Positions 60,594 to 64,000 of a stretch of 64,000 nucleotides of DNA are shown here, one piece after another. The position numbers and the translations under genes are program-made. The stretch is taken from NCBI GenBank assembly GCA_951406725.2, contig OX597838.1, positions 43,896,001 to 43,960,000 on the forward strand, read 5' to 3'. Every line of letters starts with the position of its first letter. Position 1 is the first letter of the stretch. The notes under the pieces are model-generated. The model saw only the letters and a list, made by a program, of their open reading frames with translations, was not told the origin of the DNA and made no database searches. This stretch comes from Octopus vulgaris. Its lineage: Eukaryota.

Positions 60594-60640
60594 GTATGTA
60601 TTCATATATATGTATATATTATATACATATGTATATGTAT

Positions 60641-60689
<49 letters not shown>

Positions 60690-60898
60690 TATATACACAC
60701 ACATGTATAATAGCATTTATACAATACAAAAACGAAACCAAACCTAATTTAAAACGAACTCAACTCTGTACAAGTTTAACAACGCGAAACTCTATACAAC
60801 GTTTTGATCCACTTCTACTTTAGAAAACCGTGTTGAAATAAATATACTCCATAGATTTACCAACGAAACAGATTTCAATAGTGCTTCAAATGTTCTAC

Positions 60899-60935
<37 letters not shown>

Positions 60936-61180
60936 GTTTAATCATATATAGAATTTTTTGACATTTGCATATATACTCGTCGACATACTGACATTTGCCA
61001 TGGTGGTGAAGGGGAGAAAAAAGTATATGTGTGTTTGGAAAGAAAGATTAAGTATGCTATTTTCAGATCAAGCTTGATAAAATGCAGTCTATTTTACAAC
61101 GTGTATTGTCAAGAGTATAGAGCCATTTTTAAAAGAATGAAACATTCTGAGTAATTGGCCATACATGCATATATATGCAT

Positions 61181-61340
<160 letters not shown>

Positions 61341-61383
61341 ATATATATATATGTATGTATGTATATATATATATATATATAAG

Positions 61384-61484
<101 letters not shown>

Positions 61485-61588
61485 TGTGCATACACATAAT
61501 TGTACGGTCAACTTAGAATGTTTTATTTCTTTAAAAACCGTTGCCGATTTTTTTTACTTCGACTACTATTTCTTTTGTACTTTACTCT

Positions 61589-61623
61589 GTTTCTGAAGAA
61601 GAGCTTTGCTCGAAACGTTAAAC
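61589..61623 (+). ncRNA. Minimal hammerhead, canonical core
   Basis: gttt-CTGAAGA-a-gagc ttt gctc-GAAA-cg-TT-aaac. Confidence 0.8.
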
Positions 61624-61879
61624 CTTTCTTTCCTTTCCTGAACGTCTGCTAATACTTTACACATACCACATCCTCGCTTTGTTGTTTCTTTTTTGTGTTT
61701 GTTCTTCGTTTTATTTGGTGATTTACTATATGTGTGTGTATGTGTGTGTGAAAGAGTGTGTGTGTATATATGTGAAAAGTGTATATTTATGTATGTGTGT
61801 GTTTATGCATACAAATATGTGTTAGTGTATATACATTATTTACATTTGATGGATATTTGTCCTCATCTTGTTTGTGGTT

Positions 61880-61925
61880 AACACAACGTTTCGACTGATA
61901 TACCCTCCAGCCTTCATTAGGTGTC
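61880..61925 (-). ncRNA. Minimal hammerhead with G5A core mutation (probably inactive)
   Basis: Minus strand: gacac-CTAATGA-a-ggctg gagggtatat cagtc-GAAA-cg-TT-gtgtt. Confidence 0.7.
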
Positions 61926-61995
61926 TTGGGGCAATTTCGATCCTGGATCCTCATTTCTAAGCTAGTTTTCGATGTTGTTGTTGTTGTTGGTATCA

Positions 61996-62036
<41 letters not shown>

Positions 62037-62416
62037 TCAGTTCCTGGAATCGAACTCGGAATCTTGGGGTTAGTAGCCCGCGCTCTTAACCACTACTCCA
62101 CAACAACAATAACAACAACAACAACAATAATAATAATAACAATAATAACAACAACAACAAAGGCGTTGCTCCACCATGGCCGCAGTCAAAGGACTGAAAC
62201 AAGTAAAAGATTAGAAGAGATATGCTTTGTCAGCGCTTTTCCGTGTGCGTAGCCTCGTCAAGTTTTGTTGTTCAAATTCCAGTCTGGAGAGCGGATAAGA
62301 ATTTAGGCACTCATCAACTTGCGTAAACTCGCTTGTGGTTCGTTCATTAAATTTCATTTGTTATTCGAATTTAAAACTCTTTAGAACTGTTCGTTATTCA
62401 ATTTGTGTGTTTAGAC

Positions 62417-62673
62417 CAGTGGCTCCCAAACTCTTTCGGGCTGCTTCCCCTTTGACACCCGGGTCACATTCCAAACGCCCTCACCCCGACTAACCATTAA
62501 AAACATAGAGGTCTTTCTGAAGCAAATTCAGAGCAACTCTATTTTACAAATAAAGCATTATTTTCTTGTTTTTACATAAATCGCTACCCCATCATTGCCC
62601 CACTTTTCTTCAACGCCCCTTGGAACGTTCTACCACTCCCAGGGAGCAATACTGCCCCATTTGGAAACCACTG
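62417..62673. mobile_element. hAT (Charlie-like) MITE
   Basis: TIRs cagtggctcccaaa / tttggaaaccactg; 8-bp TSD gtttag(a/g)c. Confidence 0.8.
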
Positions 62674-63273
62674 GTTTAGGCTCTAAACTTTTGAGAACCG
62701 TTTGTACATTGGTAGCGTACTGTGTAATTAATCGATTAATTAGCAACACCATTTGAATCACGGTCTCTTCAGTAGACCTCATAATGCCTAGAATACAGAA
62801 AAGTTCAGAAATCTGAAAAAGAATCCATATATAAATGCGTCGACCGATATTGCCGTAGCGCACACCTTTAGTATTTTTCCTCAGGGACTGCATTGTTCCT
62901 TTTTCCTGACAAAATGGACGAAAAAAGTAAAGGAGAAACAAGCCCTCATGCATCTTCTAAATGTGAATCCGGTTTCGTTTCACTGGCATGGAACTAATAT
63001 GATTCCAATTCCTTAAACGAAACTCAAGCTGTCAGAAAAACAAAACAAAAAAAACATTTGATTGTCTTTAAATTAATGACAAGAAAAGAATGTCTGGGGG
63101 AGACAATTAAGCAACAATATGCGTTAATAAAGAAATATTTCTGAAGCAAGTTCTAGATTGCATTGTAATTTCACGATAAACTTTTATATATTTCGCTCGG
63201 GGAATACCTTGACACACATACACTCACCCATTTATTCCTCTTGTATTTGCATGTGTGTGTATGTGTCTTTATT

Positions 63274-63309
<36 letters not shown>

Positions 63310-63442
63310 TGTATATATGTTTATGCATGGGTATATACATTATACGTGTATTTTAATATGCATATCTTGATGCATATATTTGTGTATGTGTATATCTTAT
63401 AGATACAAACGTATAAATATACATGTATATGTATGTATATAT

Positions 63443-63508
<66 letters not shown>

Positions 63509-64000
63509 GTATGTATATACATATGGAGAGAGAGAGAGAGAGAGAGAGATAAAGGGAGAAAGTGTGACAGAGTGAGTACTTATAGAGTAAGAAAGTAAGC
63601 GTAAAAAGAATAAAGATAGAAAGAAGAATATAACATAGTAGAAAGAAAATGCTTACCCCCCCCCCCCCAACATTATTCCGAAAATACTAAAACTGGGGAT
63701 GACGAAAAACACTTCTATTAAGGAATTGTTCTGTTTGAACAGAAGGTAAAAAAAAATCATGGGAAGGGAAGACAATGAACGATTGATTGTTGAATATTAT
63801 TGATATAGGATCAGGCTGTGAAGTAAAGAAATTCGTTGCGAACGTACGCGGTTTCGGATTCCTTCTTAATGTGCGGTATGCCTTTCGGGGTTTTTGCTGT
63901 AGCCCTGCAACAACAAATTTCTCGTGGGGAAAGTTTGTTGGTTGATGGAAACTTTGAGGAGATCAATCGAAGACAAATACACCCCACATACGCATGCACA

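Noticed and set aside
63812-63955. VKKFVANVRGFGFL resembling a cold-shock RNP1 motif
   Set aside because: Spacing is wrong, an in-frame stop follows, and there is no further domain similarity

Overview
This is AT-rich eukaryotic DNA dominated by microsatellites ((TA)n, (CA)n, (GA)n, (TAA)n, (CTT)n, (CAT)n) and transposable elements. The SINE/LINE complement and repeat density resemble a coleoid cephalopod (octopus-like) genome; that assignment is inference. I recognise no host protein-coding exon, and most ORF-track entries are microsatellite artefacts. Coding remnants found: a near-intact Neptune-type Penelope-like element (PLE; upstream ORF, RT, Cys linker, GIY-YIG; ~46.1-50.0 kb); four co-oriented R4/Dong-type REL-endonuclease LINEs in a (TAA)n array (23.5-33.5 kb); three RTE fragments (one 5'-inverted); an ORF1-only L1/Tx1-like element inside a SINE; mariner/Tc1 remnants; a non-autonomous Helitron; a hAT MITE; and many tRNA-derived SINEs. 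The most striking signal is non-coding. By eye I find 14 minimal type-I hammerhead ribozyme (HHR) motifs from about 11 unrelated sequence families, mostly in short islands between (TA)n tracts. Several islands are long near-perfect palindromes carrying the ribozyme on both strands. The HHRs include covarying U3-A8 cores, U4C cores, palindromic helix III and large helix II insertions. All folds were assigned manually and none was tested for activity.
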